From: Tubiluchus corallicola
Taxonomy: Eukaryota; Animalia; Priapulida
Reading direction: 5' to 3'
Assembly (NCBI GenBank): GCA_030141605.1
Contig: JAQGDQ010001014.1
Coordinates: 6,231 to 70,230 of the forward strand
Length of the DNA stretch: 64,000 nucleotides
Made by a program: the position numbers and the translations under genes. A model generated the notes under the pieces. That model searched no databases. It was not told the DNA's origin and saw only the letters and a program-made list of their open reading frames with translations. This document shows, piece by piece, positions 1 through 14,670 of this stretch (within the stretch, counting starts at the first letter, position 1; each line of letters begins with the position of its first letter).

Positions 1-108
1 AGTGAAGATGGTAGATCTAAATGTGTTTAATTGCAAAGATTTTGTTTGTTTTCCGTTTCCATCCAAAACGCAAGTCACGATAAATTCTTCTCTCTCCATA
101 TTTCAGTT

Positions 109-710
109 CAGTGGCGTCGTGCTATGGGGGCCCGAGGGGCCTACCCCCCCCCCATTGTTTATAAAATGTTAAAAATTTTAAGGGTTTCGGCGGCTTGTAA
201 TAAGACCAATAAGGTGTAAAATTTTGAGGAACGGTAAAATCTCCCACTGTAGGCATGATATGCGATTATATATACACATCGGTATGATTATTGATTGAAT
301 CTAATGTCTAATTGTTGCATTGATTATCTTCTGCTCTCGTGCTCTCGTGACTATGCTGCCAGGTAATTGGCCATTGGCCCCTTGCACTGGACCAATGATA
401 TTGCTTCCCCCTTTCCTATATAAACACTTGCAGTGTTAGCTGGATTAGAAAGCCGATTCTCTCTGATTAAATTGTGGTGCGTCTCCTTACACTTAGAAAA
501 AATTTAGTCATTATCAACAGTCAAGTAATTTTTAATTTTAATTCAATTTCTGTAGCTTTAAGTTAAATGCCAGTTGGGAATAAATAAATCGTTTTTCTTG
601 CACGCAAAATACTGGTGTGGGAGTTCAAAATTATACGTTTTTTAAACAGTTAAGTTCGGCCATTATATGCAGTCAGGCCCCCTAATTTTTTTTGGTGAAC
701 GACGCCCCTG
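109..710. mobile_element. hAT-like MITE (mirror copy 57061..57662)
   Basis: TIR CAGTGGCGTCGT...ACGACGCCCCTG. The 8-bp flanks tttcagtt / tttgagtt match at 7 of 8 positions, consistent with a TSD. Confidence 0.8.
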
Positions 711-1189
711 TTTGAGTTAACACTTGCCGCCATTAAAACCATTTTCTCTAGATGCAAAATCATTAATTAACCAAGAGCTACTATTTGTGATAATGATTAT
801 TGAGGATATTTACCTCTATGTGAGCACATCTATGCTTAGTTTATAAATGAATTTTATAGCATTAAAAATTTCCATACAGAAAAAATGAGCTAAGTTTTGC
901 AAATTATTTAAAGTATTTTTATATTACAACATAATTATGTTAATAATAAAATTTCCTATTACAATATTTACAAAGGAGTCAATGAAAGATTTCCTTCATA
1001 ACAGGATAGTTCCAATCCATGCTTCGATTTTAACACTAGGATTAAAGGAGAAAAACAAACCATTCAGCATATTGAGTTTATTTTGCTGGTATCAGTTAAA
1101 CTGAGAAAAATATAACAAAGAAATTTGTAAAAAAAAAACTGTCTATAAGTACTAAATTTGAAATGTACTACCTCTGAATACAAATTTTC

Positions 1190-1490
1190 AGGCGTGATGG
1201 TTGCCGCCATTCACTTGAAATTTATGACGTAACTGGGAGACTTCGTGAGTTTTCGTAAGCGCGTAAACGCGCGCAGCTTAAACTGAATAAAACTTCTGCA
1301 GCTTACCTAACGTTCACGTAAAAATATTACAAAATTAGCAAAAAAAATTGTTATACTTTTAATGAATATTGACAGTGTACAACTTTTCTTCAACACGAAT
1401 GACGTCATTGGAAGAAGACTGGGCATTGAAAATGGAAGCACGCAAGCACGAGGTGCTAATTGCAGTTTTATTATTAAATCATTTTAACTG
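1190..1490 (+). repeat. Dispersed repeat, related copy at ~63305..63600 (mirror ~56280..56580)
   Basis: Shared blocks ttatgacgtaactgg, gcgcagcttaaact, aaacttctgcagctta and gaatgacgtcattgg in the same order. Confidence 0.7.
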
Positions 1491-1606
1491 AGCTTATGTT
1501 GCTTTTGTCTTACGAATGATTGCCGCCATGTTTAAACGAGAATTCCCATTACTCGAGAGATTTCTAAGTCGCACTTTGAAAGAAGTGCACTGAACCACTT
1601 GAATTG

Positions 1607-1900
<294 letters not shown>

Positions 1901-2431
1901 AAGAGGCAGAATGGTGGATTAACATATTTCGTAAGCATTGAAATAAGCCTGACCTCCTAGAAGGCTTGACCTTTCCTTTAAATTTTGAAATCCTTTTTGA
2001 TTTTTTTTTACATCTGTTCATCTGGCATTCAAAAGAAATCAGAAAATTAATGCTTTAAAGCCTTTAAGCACAACGAAAACCTGCTGTAACAGGTGGTGTT
2101 CATCTTGCTATTAAATTTTCTGGCAAACATCCAAAACAGACTAACTAATGGCTTAATTTTGTTGACAAATTTTAGCACAAAGAGTTCGTTTTCTGTATTT
2201 ATTTTCTTTCCTATGCGGCGCTTCTACAGATCTTGTTTTGTTGTTTATTTTCTTTCTTCTTTGTTTACTAGCCTTAAATTTTTCCTATTTTCGCTGTAAA
2301 TAACGTTCGTTATTTTTCCATAACTCTAGAAATGTATAAATTTAATTTGTCATCACAGATATTGCATTTGTAGCGGCCTTTTTAGCAAAGAAAGTGTCAG
2401 CAAATCGCGCGGGTTACTTGCCAACGTCTTA

Positions 2432-2680
2432 GGCCCATTTCACACTCAGGACGCGCGGCAAAATTTCTCGAGGAGAAATTTCTTGCGGCGTTCCTCACGA
2501 AAATGGAACTCATTGTTTTCTATGGGCGCATTTCACAGTGAAGACCCGCGGCAAAATTCCTTGTGCAGTTTCTCGTGAAAAATTCTGCTGCCAGCTAGAA
2601 GTTATGCATCCTCCTCGTGAGAAAATTTTGCCACTTGGTAGAAGCACTACAAGTTCCATTTTCGTGAGGAATCCTTCTTT
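2432..2680 (+). mobile_element. Probable PIF/Harbinger-like non-autonomous element end
   Basis: tta|GGCCCATTTCACACT terminus followed by internal repeats (gcggcaaaatt, ctcacgaaaatggaact and its inverse). The other terminus was not located. Confidence 0.4.
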
Positions 2681-2772
2681 CTTATTTAACAAACAAGAAT
2701 TAACACTTTGCAGCATAAAATTATAAGACTCGATCTGTCTTTTAACAGACCGATGATTTTATGTTTTATTAA

Positions 2773-3212
2773 CCCTTTCAGTCCCAAATTATTTTTTTAA
2801 TAAGGAAAATTTTTTTAGCTTGGTACTTTTGTTCCCAATGTATCCTGTGGGATACACAGCATTCTTTGCCATATGCAAAAAAACAAAGTCCGACTTTTTT
2901 AAAAACACAACAAAAGCAAAAAATGTGCTTCATTTTGCAAATGCTGATAATTTTTTAAAGTATTTAAGACATTTAATTATGCACGCTATGCTGATCTGTA
3001 CAAAGTCGTCTCTAAACTACTGTACCTTGCGCAGTTTTTTATGCTATGTAGATTTTCTAGTTTGCCATTTTATCACCATTTTTAGTCTATTGTTATTTGC
3101 TTAAATCAAAATAACTATTAACAGATCAAATAACTGTCAGTTTTAAAATTTTATTAATTTTAAAGGCAGAAAATTTTCTCGTATCCCACGGGATACAACG
3201 GGTATGAAAGGG
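2773..3212. mobile_element. piggyBac-like MITE (mirror 54559..54998)
   Basis: TTAA|CCCTTTCA ... TGAAAGGG|TTAA, with subterminal palindromes gtatcccacgggatac. Confidence 0.85.
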
Positions 3213-4297
3213 TTAATGCAACATTGATGCTATGCTTTTGAAAAAGAAAAATAACGCACGCGAATACTTATTTTGAAATGGTTAGTAGAACTTTACTAAA
3301 AACAAACAGGTTACTGACATTACATTGACTAACATTATCAATTATACTTCGTAGATGAGGAATACAGCAAGTATAACTTAATTTAGATATGATTATACAG
3401 CATAAAACTCGTAAAGTTGCTAACTGGACGCGGGGGAAAAAACCGCGGTGCTTTCACTGTGAAATGAACTTTTTTGCCGCTTGGGATTTCGAGAAAAATA
3501 GGAAATTTTTAGAAAATTATCTGGTTTTGACTGTGAAATTGACCTGTGAAATCCTGCAGTAAACGAGAAAAACTGTATCTGTAAGTAACTGTATTCAAGA
3601 AAAAGAGTGTATATGTGAATGGCCGTACTCAATAAAATGACTGTTTATGTGAGTAACTACTCTCACGAAAAATGACTGTATGACCCGAACTCATGAAAAG
3701 CAAAATGACGCATATAAGCACGTGACCATAATGCGCCTCAAATGAAAACTGATTGGTCAAACTAATTTGAATTATGACGCTGCAATTTCCCCATCTTTTT
3801 GCTTTTTTTCAATGTTTCTGCTGCTATTATGTTTCACATTCATTATATTATTCGATGTCTATATAATTGTATATAATTATTATATAAATATGGAAAACAA
3901 TTCAAAGTAATCAGTAAAATGACTATTTGGTGACATTGTAGCGGCCATTTTGAATTTCCTACACACTTTCTCAGAATTTTTGCAGCCTTTTTATTTACAT
4001 GTAATATATTGCCGAATTAAGACTTAAAATTGGTGAAAGCGTTGCTCTAATAGAACATTTGAGGCAAAGTTGACAAGAAGGATTATAATAATTGCTTCGA
4101 TTAGTAGTGGTGTGTTAGTACAACACAGTAGACAGTGGCAGCAGACCCTGAACCACATGTAGAATTCTCAGGAGCAATTGAAAGGAGTTTGCTTTTAAAT
4201 GGCGAGCCTTTTGGTTTTTACAGAAATTCCCGAAAACACGCGATTTTGTAAGTTGAGCATCTTTTACCATTAATCGTATTTAGATCGACAATTTTTA

Positions 4298-4322
4298 TAA
4301 TAAGTAAATAAGTAAGTAAGTA

Positions 4323-4405
<83 letters not shown>

Positions 4406-4900
4406 AAAGAAAGTAAGTAAGTAAGTAAGTAAATAAGTAAAGTAAGTAATTTTTTATTTTTCACCATAAATTTACATTAATTTAACAATAATATATACAA
4501 AAATACAAATGAACATGAGAGAAATGGTGGCGAAAAATCAAAGGTTAGCAAGTCAACTACCCTTCTCAGAAAGACAGTAAACAAAAAGACGCTAATGAAA
4601 GCAGAACACAACTATTAAAAAATACACAAACGTCCATAAACACAAAAAACAAAAATACAACAACAGCAAAAACAAAAAACCAAAAACAAGTCGTTCCTAA
4701 ATATAGTCAAACAAGAAGCATAATTATATGTGGTCCAAAACACAAAATCATATCAAAGAGAAAATTTTAATGTTCAGAAAAACAACTTTTGCAAGATAAA
4801 ATTTAAAATGAATCATGGTTATCAGATTAGCTAAACATTGTGAGACGAAATTTAAATCAGCAACTTTAAGAGAAGTAATAGTTATCAACTTTTTGTTTTA
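4298..4900 (-). mobile_element. Probable non-LTR retroelement (CR1/L2-like) 3' end with (TTAC)n tail
   Basis: The minus strand reads a T-rich tract, then ...atggtgaaaAATAAAaaa directly followed by (TTAC)n. The microsatellite is certain; the LINE origin is inferred. Confidence 0.45.
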
Positions 4901-6204
4901 TGGAAGTTATAACATATATCTGTAAAGAGACTAGGAATATACATGTGAATAGCAAAAAAAGAAAGAAAAAAGGTAAAAAAATATAGGCCTATAGCACCAC
5001 GCTGTGCTGTGTGTAGGCCTAATATTGGATATATCTCCAATACAGCTACGTAACGTAAGCAACATATTATATGTTATGAATTTTATGTACTTAGCTTAGC
5101 ATTTACAAAGTATTGCTTTACTTTAAACATGCTGCTTCACTCCACTCTTTTTACAACTGAGATGTTTAAACAATTATAATTTTAATAATATTCAGACAGC
5201 CATATTTGTGTACAACCTGCCTCCGTCATTATTCTGAATTTAATTTTTAATTTAAATTTTCATATTCATACATAAAACTCATACATATAACACAGAGATA
5301 TTAGTCACTCTGCTACATTCCGCTGTCACTTTTTCTATAATTTATTGCAATTTTTCTATAAAATACTATATAAAAATATAAAATGTAACATATATTTGGA
5401 ATGACATTACGCCGGAAATTCGTACCGTTACCGTCGTTTTCAAATTAAAAAATTGAATGTTATATGTGTATGTTGAACAGATGCAGTAAGCAAGGCTAAG
5501 CTTCTGCTTTGAAAATATATGACTAACTGATTTGAATTAACGGGACTCGTAGGTTGTAGGTTATTTTTAGCACACTCGTTAGGTTTTACACAGATACTAT
5601 AGCTGTCAGCCGCCTCATAGAGCTCACTTCTTCAATGTTCGTGTTAGCAAAACTCCGCCCACAGAGTTACATAGAAATGGTTAATTTCGTTTTTATTTTC
5701 GTTTAATAGGACGATAATTACAATGGATAAATGAAATCAATTTACTTTTGATACGACAAGCCAACCAGACAACCTAAGTGTTTCTGCATTGCAGTTTGTT
5801 TAGGTTCCACATATGCAATTTATAACCAAGAACTTCACTTCTAGCAAAGCTCCGTCCACATTATTAATGTACGCGTAATAATGATGTTAAAGTTTTTTGT
5901 TTGTTTGTTTGTTCGTTCGTTCGTTCGTTTGTTTGTTTGTTTATTAGTTTGTATGTTTATTTGTTGTTACTAATACACTTATACCAACAAAATTAAGTGT
6001 ATGTTGACTAACTCCTTCGTGAAAATTTCTGAGTTCAAGCGCCATATTGTGGCAAGAAACTATAACACTGGCAAGAACAAATAATTTGGAAGTTAAACGC
6101 AATGATTGTGGCATTTAATTCATAAAATGAGTAAATTCTAATTCAGCGCAATAGTATTAATCAGGTAAATTCATGAAACCATGTTAAATTTGAAACTCGC
6201 AAAA

Positions 6205-6275
6205 TTTTCACTATATTGGGACTCGAACCCAAGACATTCTCTGTCATGGCAAAGTCATTAACCGATACAGTTTTT
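6205..6275 (-). mobile_element. tRNA-derived SINE head fragment (similar at ~18155..18185)
   Basis: Minus-strand GGTTCGAGTCCC B-box. No complete cloverleaf. Confidence 0.4.
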
Positions 6276-6589
6276 CATTATTGCACGCTCTTAGTCCTTG
6301 ATGTTTAGATGGGCGCCTGTTTTTGCATCTGCTTTTCTAAAAACCCTTCATCTCCCTAATAGAAAACACAAATAATTTATAACGTCATGACAACCTCATT
6401 ATATCATATCCAGCAATGAAAATTGAAATTTGAAATTTTGGCCTTAAAAGGCCAATTTTTATGTTTCTTCGCTAGTGTCACACAACAACGCAGACACGTG
6501 CAAAAATGCCCATCAAAGGTTTCTCCTGTTGGAATGGTTTCCCCACTTGTGACGTTATCACTTAATTACGTTTTTAAACATCTTTCTGG

Positions 6590-6775
6590 TAATTATTATA
6601 GATCTGTCAGATGTAATGTCACAATTACCTCTGAGGAAACAGTTAGCTATGGAGTACCTCAAGGTTTGATCCTTGGGCCTCTATTATTTCTCATTTATAT
6701 AAATAATATTAATTTCTTCAACATAATATTAAAATAACCTAGGATGCTGATGACACAGCTATATTTAATGGATAT
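6590..6775 (+). pseudogene. Decayed LINE reverse transcriptase fragment (mirror ~51000..51180)
   Basis: VSYGVPQGLILGPLLFLIYIN motif, followed after a stop by GCTGATGACACA (ADDT). Confidence 0.85.
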
Positions 6776-8071
6776 GAGCAAGCATCAAAGAAATTAAATG
6801 AATGTAGTGTAACAAGATGTTGCAAAATGATATGGGATAAAGCCCTGTTTGCCCTTATAAATATGACTAGCGGTTTTGGGTGTCACGTGACCGGCTGAAA
6901 GCATGTCACAGTGGCTTCATGAGCTTCTATCACATAAATTAATTCCAGCCACGTTGTATGACGTCATATAAACGTTTACTATAACCAAGAATTCGCGAAA
7001 CGCTACTACTTGTCCTGAAGAAATTTTATTATTGAATTTAATTAAGCTCGATTTTATAAGGTGTCATTAACATCAGAATTTATAAGCTCTCTACACATGT
7101 GTTCAGCAATAAAGAATATCGATGAATAATAGCCATGTCCCATGTGCTACATATGTGCTGCTTGAGGAAACAAGACTGTATGTATAGTGCTGAACACTAT
7201 AATGTTACAATTGACGGATTATAGCCTGTCTTATTGATGGAACATACAAAGGGACAAGAATAATAAACAGGTACTTTGTAGAATGTTTGAGCATTATTGA
7301 TTACAATTTTATGTATTCTTCGCTCATAAACTGCCTTCCGTATGTAAGTATGCTTTGTCTTTTGATCAACGTATTACTATCGTTAAAGAAGCGAGTAAAA
7401 CATGCAGTAAACAGAAATTATGTAGAATGTTCGCGCATTATTGATTACAATCCTATATGTCTCTTGATTATAAGCTGTTTTCGGCATGTATACATACTAC
7501 ACAGGCCTATCTAACAAACGTATTGAAGTCGTTAACCGCAGAAAAATGACAGCATCTCTTTTTTTCTCGGGTTTCTTATCTCTGGAATTCTCTACCAAAA
7601 AGTTGTTTCCCTGAAAACTACAATCTCACTCAATTCAAGAAGAGCACCAACAGGTGCTCTTGGTTAGAAGCAGCGCCGCCTACTATCAAAAGCATATTAG
7701 TAGTATGCATTTTATTTCTCTGGACATATATTCATATTTTTACTTTTCTCTGTAACCCTTTATCCTTACTGATGAAAGAATAATTTTAGCATAATTTTAT
7801 TCAATCTAAAGTTTTTTTTCATTTTGATACACAAATTAAACTTTGTTGTATCACAGTCAATTTTGTTCTTTATTTCAAATGTAGCTCTGAGAAAAACTTA
7901 CTTAAACTATTGTGTACTAACTGTGTATTGTATTTTTGATTATTTTATGTGAACTGATATTGTACAAGATCTCTGGTGATGAGTCTAACTGCGTGCATTT
8001 TTAATTTTACATCGAATTTTAATATTTTAATTTGCACTTGTGTTTTTTGCATCAATTGACTTCACCATTAA

Positions 8072-9010
8072 AGAACAACCGAACAAAAGCTTTTTTATAT
8101 CAAAGCTTAAATTAAATAATAATTACCTCGGATACTCAAATTTCGTTAAACTTTCTAAGCTACGCGCGGCTCAGTGAATCTACTAAGATTGGCAACGGCG
8201 CCTTTTTATCTCATTCGCATGGCCGACAAATAAAAGGCAGTACCATGATAACCATGATCATGAACTGCAGTGTTAGTTTCTGACGTGATATGACGTAGAC
8301 CCCATTTTCATGACATCACCCGTTTAAGCAGTAACACTTACGCAAACGTGCTTGACGTGCAAGTGAAAATGCCTGCCATTGTGCAAACTGTGGTTAGTTT
8401 CTGACGTAAGCAATGGCTGTGTTCGGTAGCCGTTAATTAACTTTCTAAGCTAATTATACAAATATAAGAAGCAATTGCTAACTTTTATAGACAAGATAAG
8501 GTAGATTTTGAACAAATGCTAACTTTTATAGACAAGGACATGTATATTTTGAACAATTGCTAACTTTTATAGACAAGGAAATGTATATTTTGAGCAATTG
8601 CTAACTTTTATAGACAAGAAAATGTATATTTTGAGCAATTGCTAACTTTTATAGACAAGGAAATGTATATTTTGAACAATTGCTAACTTTTATAGACAAG
8701 GAAATGTATATTTTGAGCAATTGCTAACTTTTATAGACAAGATAAGGTAGATTTTGAACAATTGCTAACTTTTATAGACAAGGACATGTATATTTTGAAC
8801 AATTGCTAACTTTTATAGACAAGGAAATGTATATTTTGAGCAATTGCTAACTTTTATAGACAAGAAAATGTATATTTTGAGCAATTGCTAACTTTTATAG
8901 ACAAGGAAATGTATATTTTGAGCAATTGCTAACTTTTATAGACAAGAAAATGTATATTTTGGACAGTAAATTATAATGACATTCAATCTAAACAATCGTC
9001 CGGTTTTCCT
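8072..9010. mobile_element. Kolobok-like MITE family A copy with internal satellite expansion (mirror ~48762..49700)
   Basis: Body is homologous to 21086..21580 and 28615..29137. Ends in ...ccggttttcct|TTAA. Confidence 0.75.
8471..8962 (+). repeat. 41-bp minisatellite x12 (mirror ~48810..49301)
   Basis: Unit gcaattgctaacttttatagacaaggaaatgtatattttga, head-to-tail with no spacers. Confidence 0.95.
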
Positions 9011-10593
9011 TTAAGTAATGTAGGTTTTAAACCATTGTCGCTCGAGGCTGAATTAGATATAGGCTAGTATAGGAGGCAGCCTCGAGCCACACAAGGTTGG
9101 GGACCTCAAGCTTTGATAACGTCCGAAGTTCACTGTGGTTGTACTGAAATATGTGCTAATTTGGTTTGCAATAATTAGTAAATAACAACATTTCTTAATG
9201 AGCGTTTTGATTGACAAACAAAAGAAGCTATTCTAGTTTATTTAAAGAATTTGTAATAAGTTTACTTTGTAATAAGGTACGCAAAGGCCGCTAAAATATT
9301 TACGGGTAAAAATATTCAATAATGTTCAAGACAGGTATGGGCAAGTTAGAGTGTGGTTCCGTCTGAGGGGGTCCCATAATTTCATTGGCTTAGGGACTCT
9401 AAAGGCCAGAATTCAGCCCTGATGTCACTGAAGGATAAATATGCAATAATTTTATTGTTTTCGTCTGTTTTAAATTGAGAAACAAAGATTTAGCATTATA
9501 TAATGTATAGCTTATACCTTGAGTGCCATTTGGCTTGTTTGGGGCGATATGTATAGGAAAATGCCACGTATAGACGCGCGTCTTGTGCTTCCGTCAGCGA
9601 TCGTAAAACTGATCACTTTGGTTTTCGTTAATGTTTTCGGGTCCCCGCCGCATAGAGGCGCCACATTCGTGACTGTGAATGAACTATGGCAGTTAATAAG
9701 AGCATTAAACACCGTTAACCATGCATGCAGCCAGCAGCACTCTTGAAAGGCGCAAGTTTAATGAGAAAAATGAGTCAGGAGAATGCGCGGTTAATATGTG
9801 AACGAGTCATGGCGAACGTTTAAGATTTGATGATGTGAAAATGGTAAAAGCAAGAGAAGAGACTAAAGTTATTACTCAGACTTAAAGAAAAACAGTATAA
9901 TTTTCACATCCTGTCCCATTTTGAAGTACAGTAAAAAGTATTATATATATATATATATATATATATATTTTAGCACCTAGAGTGGTTTCTGATAAATAAA
10001 TAATAGACTAAAATGTTACTTAACGGTTCAACCCAAGTATTGATGACATCACAAATTGACATAATTTTCAACAGCAAAAACATTCCATGAACGCGTTGCA
10101 CGTGTTTGCAAAAACGAAAACTGATTTTTAAAAACACGAAACAAAACGTAAAGTGTATAGTGACTTATGGTACACCCTGTATGACGTTTGTATGAAGCAA
10201 ACAGTAATGTTGAGTGGCAAACTTTGGCATATTGCAATGTGGAATCCTGCATTCAACAGCACACACTAATCAACGTTAATACTTGTGGCGAGACCAAAAC
10301 CTAAGCCTCCATAATGAGCAGCTGAACCATCAGTTGAGCAGTCAATAGTTGAGACTATTCAGCGTTAATTTCGTGGCAAGACCGGAAGCTAGCTTATTAC
10401 CAAGAACAAGCCTCCAACATGAGCCACTGAATCAGCAGAAGTGTCTTAGTTACGTTTGGCTGTGAATGCATGCTACCTCTACGTGGTAAATAGTCAGAAA
10501 CAAGACGAATGAAACATCCCAGTGCGAGTATTGAACACGGTGGGCACCCATTCATACACTGCTCAGCCTTAACTTCCTGCTCAGCCTCAACAA

Positions 10594-11192
10594 AGCAAAG
10601 CCGCATCCAATTTTAATCAGTAGGTCAAAACAATTTACTCTTTAAAATATTGAAAGGAAACGTACTACTTTTTCGAAAATGACTTACGTGGAAGAATTAT
10701 TACAACGCAAACGTAATTTCGCACCTATTTTTTCACTGTTAAATGCATTTCGCCATTCGCTTGTTAGACGGGCACTAGCGTCTGTATCTTGGAAATGCAT
10801 TGCACAAAAACAGATGCCGTACCTCTCAGTTTAGATGTGTTAGTTTGTGACGAACTACACAGGTTCGGCAGCTCATGCGTGAGCACAGCGGTAAATTTGA
10901 AAATTGAGTTTTTACCTTAAAACTTGCCTAATTTTAGTACAACGATTGAATACCTCACAGTAGCACTGTACGTAAATTTTCGCTTTCACAAACACGTGCA
11001 ACACGCTCGTGGAATATTTTTGCTGTTGAAAATTATGTTAGTTTGTGACGTCATCAATAGTTGGGTTGGCCCACCGTTGATTAAGGTTTTAATCTATTAT
11101 GTAATTATCAGAAACGCCTTTGCAATATTAATTGTATACTTTTTATCAGACTTGAAAATGGGGTAGTATATGAAAAGTCATGTTGTTTTCCT
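10594..11192 (+). mobile_element. Kolobok-like MITE family B; inverted copy 14956..15556, partial or interrupted copies ~9886..10150 and ~16799..17970
   Basis: Shared blocks aaaatgacttacgtg, gacgggcactagcgtctg, tgacgtcatcaatag and cttgaaaatggggtag. AGGAA(A/G)AC-type termini next to TTAA. Confidence 0.7.
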
Positions 11193-11939
11193 TTAACTTT
11201 GGACGCCCGCCGTCCATGTTTGCCGTATGCGGGGCAGCGTGTTACGCTGTTCTGTTAATTGTCGCCGCCTCGCAAAGAAGCCAAAGAAGCCAGGTTTGAA
11301 AGGCTTTTCTTTCTCGCTTTTTCATGCAACAGATTTCCGATAAGAAAATATTGTCGCTTGTACTAATGAAAAACTGCAAGATCGCGACTACTCGTGTCAA
11401 AAGACCATCACTCGCCCATTCCACTTGGCAACCACAGTCAATATAACGGCATATGAATGCGCCAGCCTTCATTGGCAAACAAAAACCAAATAACCCTCGA
11501 AAGTTCAGTGCAAATGTAGGCGCTTTGAGGACATTCAGCAAGACGGGATATCCATTCAGCAATACGGGATATCTATTGATAGAAACCCATCAAGCGGTGC
11601 TATTGCGTTATTGAAAGCTATTGCTAAACTGTGTTTAACGAAGGGCATGCCACGTTTACATTCGGTAATGCACTTACATAGCCGTATATCACGTATTCGA
11701 ACGTGAGCCCAAGAGAACTTCAAATACCTTTCAATAGACGCACCGATTACCTACTTAAATCGCCCAGAGTGGTTTGGGAAAATGGGCAGTTTGGGCACGT
11801 TTAACGCTTTAGCATTGAAATTGCTATGCACTATGTGATTAATTAATAAAGTGATAGTAAATCTAGGGCTGCTAGAGTTTGTTTGTTGAGAGATGGGGGT
11901 CGCTTTCTAAACCTGTGAGCTTATTCACGTCACTTCACT

Positions 11940-12011
11940 TTGCTTGTTTGTTTATTTACTTACTTGTTTGCTTTCTTGCTTATTTAATCTACCTACCTAC
12001 CTACCTACCTA

Positions 12012-12050
<39 letters not shown>

Positions 12051-12397
12051 ACCTACCTACCTACTTACTTACCTACCTACCTACCTACCTACATACATAC
12101 ATACCTACCTACCTACCTACCTACCTACCTACCTACCTACCTACCTACCTACATACATACATACATACATACATACCTACCTACCTACCTGCCTGCCTGC
12201 CTGCCTACCTACCTACCTACCTACCTACCTACCTACCTACATACATACATACCTACTTACCTACCTACCTACTTGCCTGCCTGCCTGCCTACCTACTTAC
12301 CTACCTACCTATCTATCTACCTACCTACCTACCTACCTACCTACCTACCTACCTACCTACCTACCTACCTACCTACCTACCTACCTACCTACCTACT
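11940..12397 (+). repeat. Compound (CCTA/CCTG/CATA)n tetranucleotide microsatellite (mirror ~45365..45830)
   Basis: Direct reading. Confidence 0.95.
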
Positions 12398-13074
12398 TTT
12401 ATTAAAGCGAATTTAAAAGCCGAGTGGTCATCGTGTCTGTTTAACTAAAGTTGACTGAAGTTAAACTTCGCCAAGCCTGGTTAGTGAATTCATTTATTAT
12501 TCTTATTATAGCTGTTTACTTTATAAAACGAAGATGCATTTACAACCAAATATGACTAGTGCACCTCAGCTGGTTCAGTGTCTCTGCCTAAAGGTACCAG
12601 TCTCGCCACAGTTATTCACATGAAATGAGCCTTTCTGCTGAAGGCGAATTTTAGAGTGCTAAACAGTATAAAAAACTTAGTATTATGAAAAAGAGGGTTT
12701 TAGGTTTTTTACACAGTTTAGCTTTCATTATACAGGGTGGACAAAAAAAGTAAACCTTTTTCAAATGCCGGAAAGTTTTACCCAATTTCTACTTAAATTC
12801 GACGATGGTGAACTAAAAACATTTTAGCACTTACTCACTAACTTTTGCTAAGAAATGTCAAGAAATGAAGCTCTTATGCTTGATAATGTCATTAAAAATG
12901 AAAAAAATGGACATTAGTATGACTGTACAGTATTGTTTTTATTGTTTTGATATTGTCTTTATTGTATTAACATAGTACCAATATTACACTGATTTTTCGT
13001 CATTTCAGTTGGCTACCGATTAAGCAACGTATTAAATTTAAGATACTACTACTTGTATTTAAGGCACTTCATGG

Positions 13075-13335
13075 CGAGGTACCTGATTACACTCGTGACG
13101 TAATTCGTCCAACAAATTCAAGCCGGTATAATCTTAGATCAAATGATAGTCTTTTGCTTAAGGTTTCTAGAGTGCGCTGTTCCACTATGGGTGACAGATC
13201 ATTTGCTGTTGCAGGACCTGTTCCACTATGGATGATAGGTCATTTGCTGTTGCCATACCAACTCTATCCATATCAGCACTCTCTCGAACATTAACACTTT
13301 TAAAATACAGATTAAAACACACTTATTTTAGTTAG
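13075..13335 (+). mobile_element. L2-clade LINE 3' fragment
   Basis: Encodes ..LKVSRVRCSTMGDRSFAVAGP.. and FKIQIKTHLF, matching the GDRAFSVAGP...FKxxLKTHLF C-terminus of L2 ORF2. Contains a short internal tandem duplication. Confidence 0.75.
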
Positions 13336-14121
13336 AACATAATATTTGAAGTATACATGCTTCTATTTTGTAAATCAGTGTGTATGCGCATAAAATTGCT
13401 GTAAAGTAACACAATTTTTAAGGCCTGATTTTGCTGAAACCTACTTCAGGTACCCCTTTTCTTGTCCTTATCTTGTATTTATACTTACAAGTACCAGCAT
13501 CTTAAATTTAACAGGTTACTCAATCGGTACCAAAGCAAATGACGAAGAATTGAATAATCTAATTTTATGGAATATGTTAAGTGATATACATCGCTCAATA
13601 TAAATTAATTATTGTTATCTTAATGTCAAGAGTGTAGTTTATAATGTTGCAAATGCTACAATTAATTAATATTTTGATGCCAAATTTGAAAAACAGGAAA
13701 TGTAAAAAAGTTAGGTTGTAGCCTGGAATTGAACCTGAACAAAACTGGCAGGGATCCAAAGCAGGAATTCAAATAATTTGTAGCAAAATTTAATTCAACG
13801 TGCATTCGTAGTATCACCACTCAATATAATTGTGAATTATATTGACAATTATTGTCAATATTATTGATGAAATTTTCGTTTCGTTAGCTTGCATTAAATT
13901 TGATTTCATTAGTTTATGTTGATGATGCGGAATTTGGTTGCCCTACAGACCATGGCACTAATGGCAATTATATTGAGCGTGTGAATGGATCTTAAGCAAC
14001 AACGATTTTCAGTTTTGCGAGATATCTTTGTGAAGCGTCTTTGAATAGTGTCAGTTGAGCTGTCTATAGATTTAGACGCTATACAAAATATTATTATTAT
14101 TATTATTATAAAAAAAAAAAA

Positions 14122-14670
<549 letters not shown>

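Noticed and set aside
6205-6275. tRNA gene; also a 5S rRNA gene at 29265..29320
   Set aside because: Only degenerate promoter-box fragments are present, with no full cloverleaf or full-length 5S sequence.
8471-8962. CRISPR-like arrays (also 22512..22750, 27962..28270, 58451..58973, 62729..63218)
   Set aside because: Units are head-to-tail with no unique spacers, there are no cas genes, and the context is eukaryotic. These are minisatellites.
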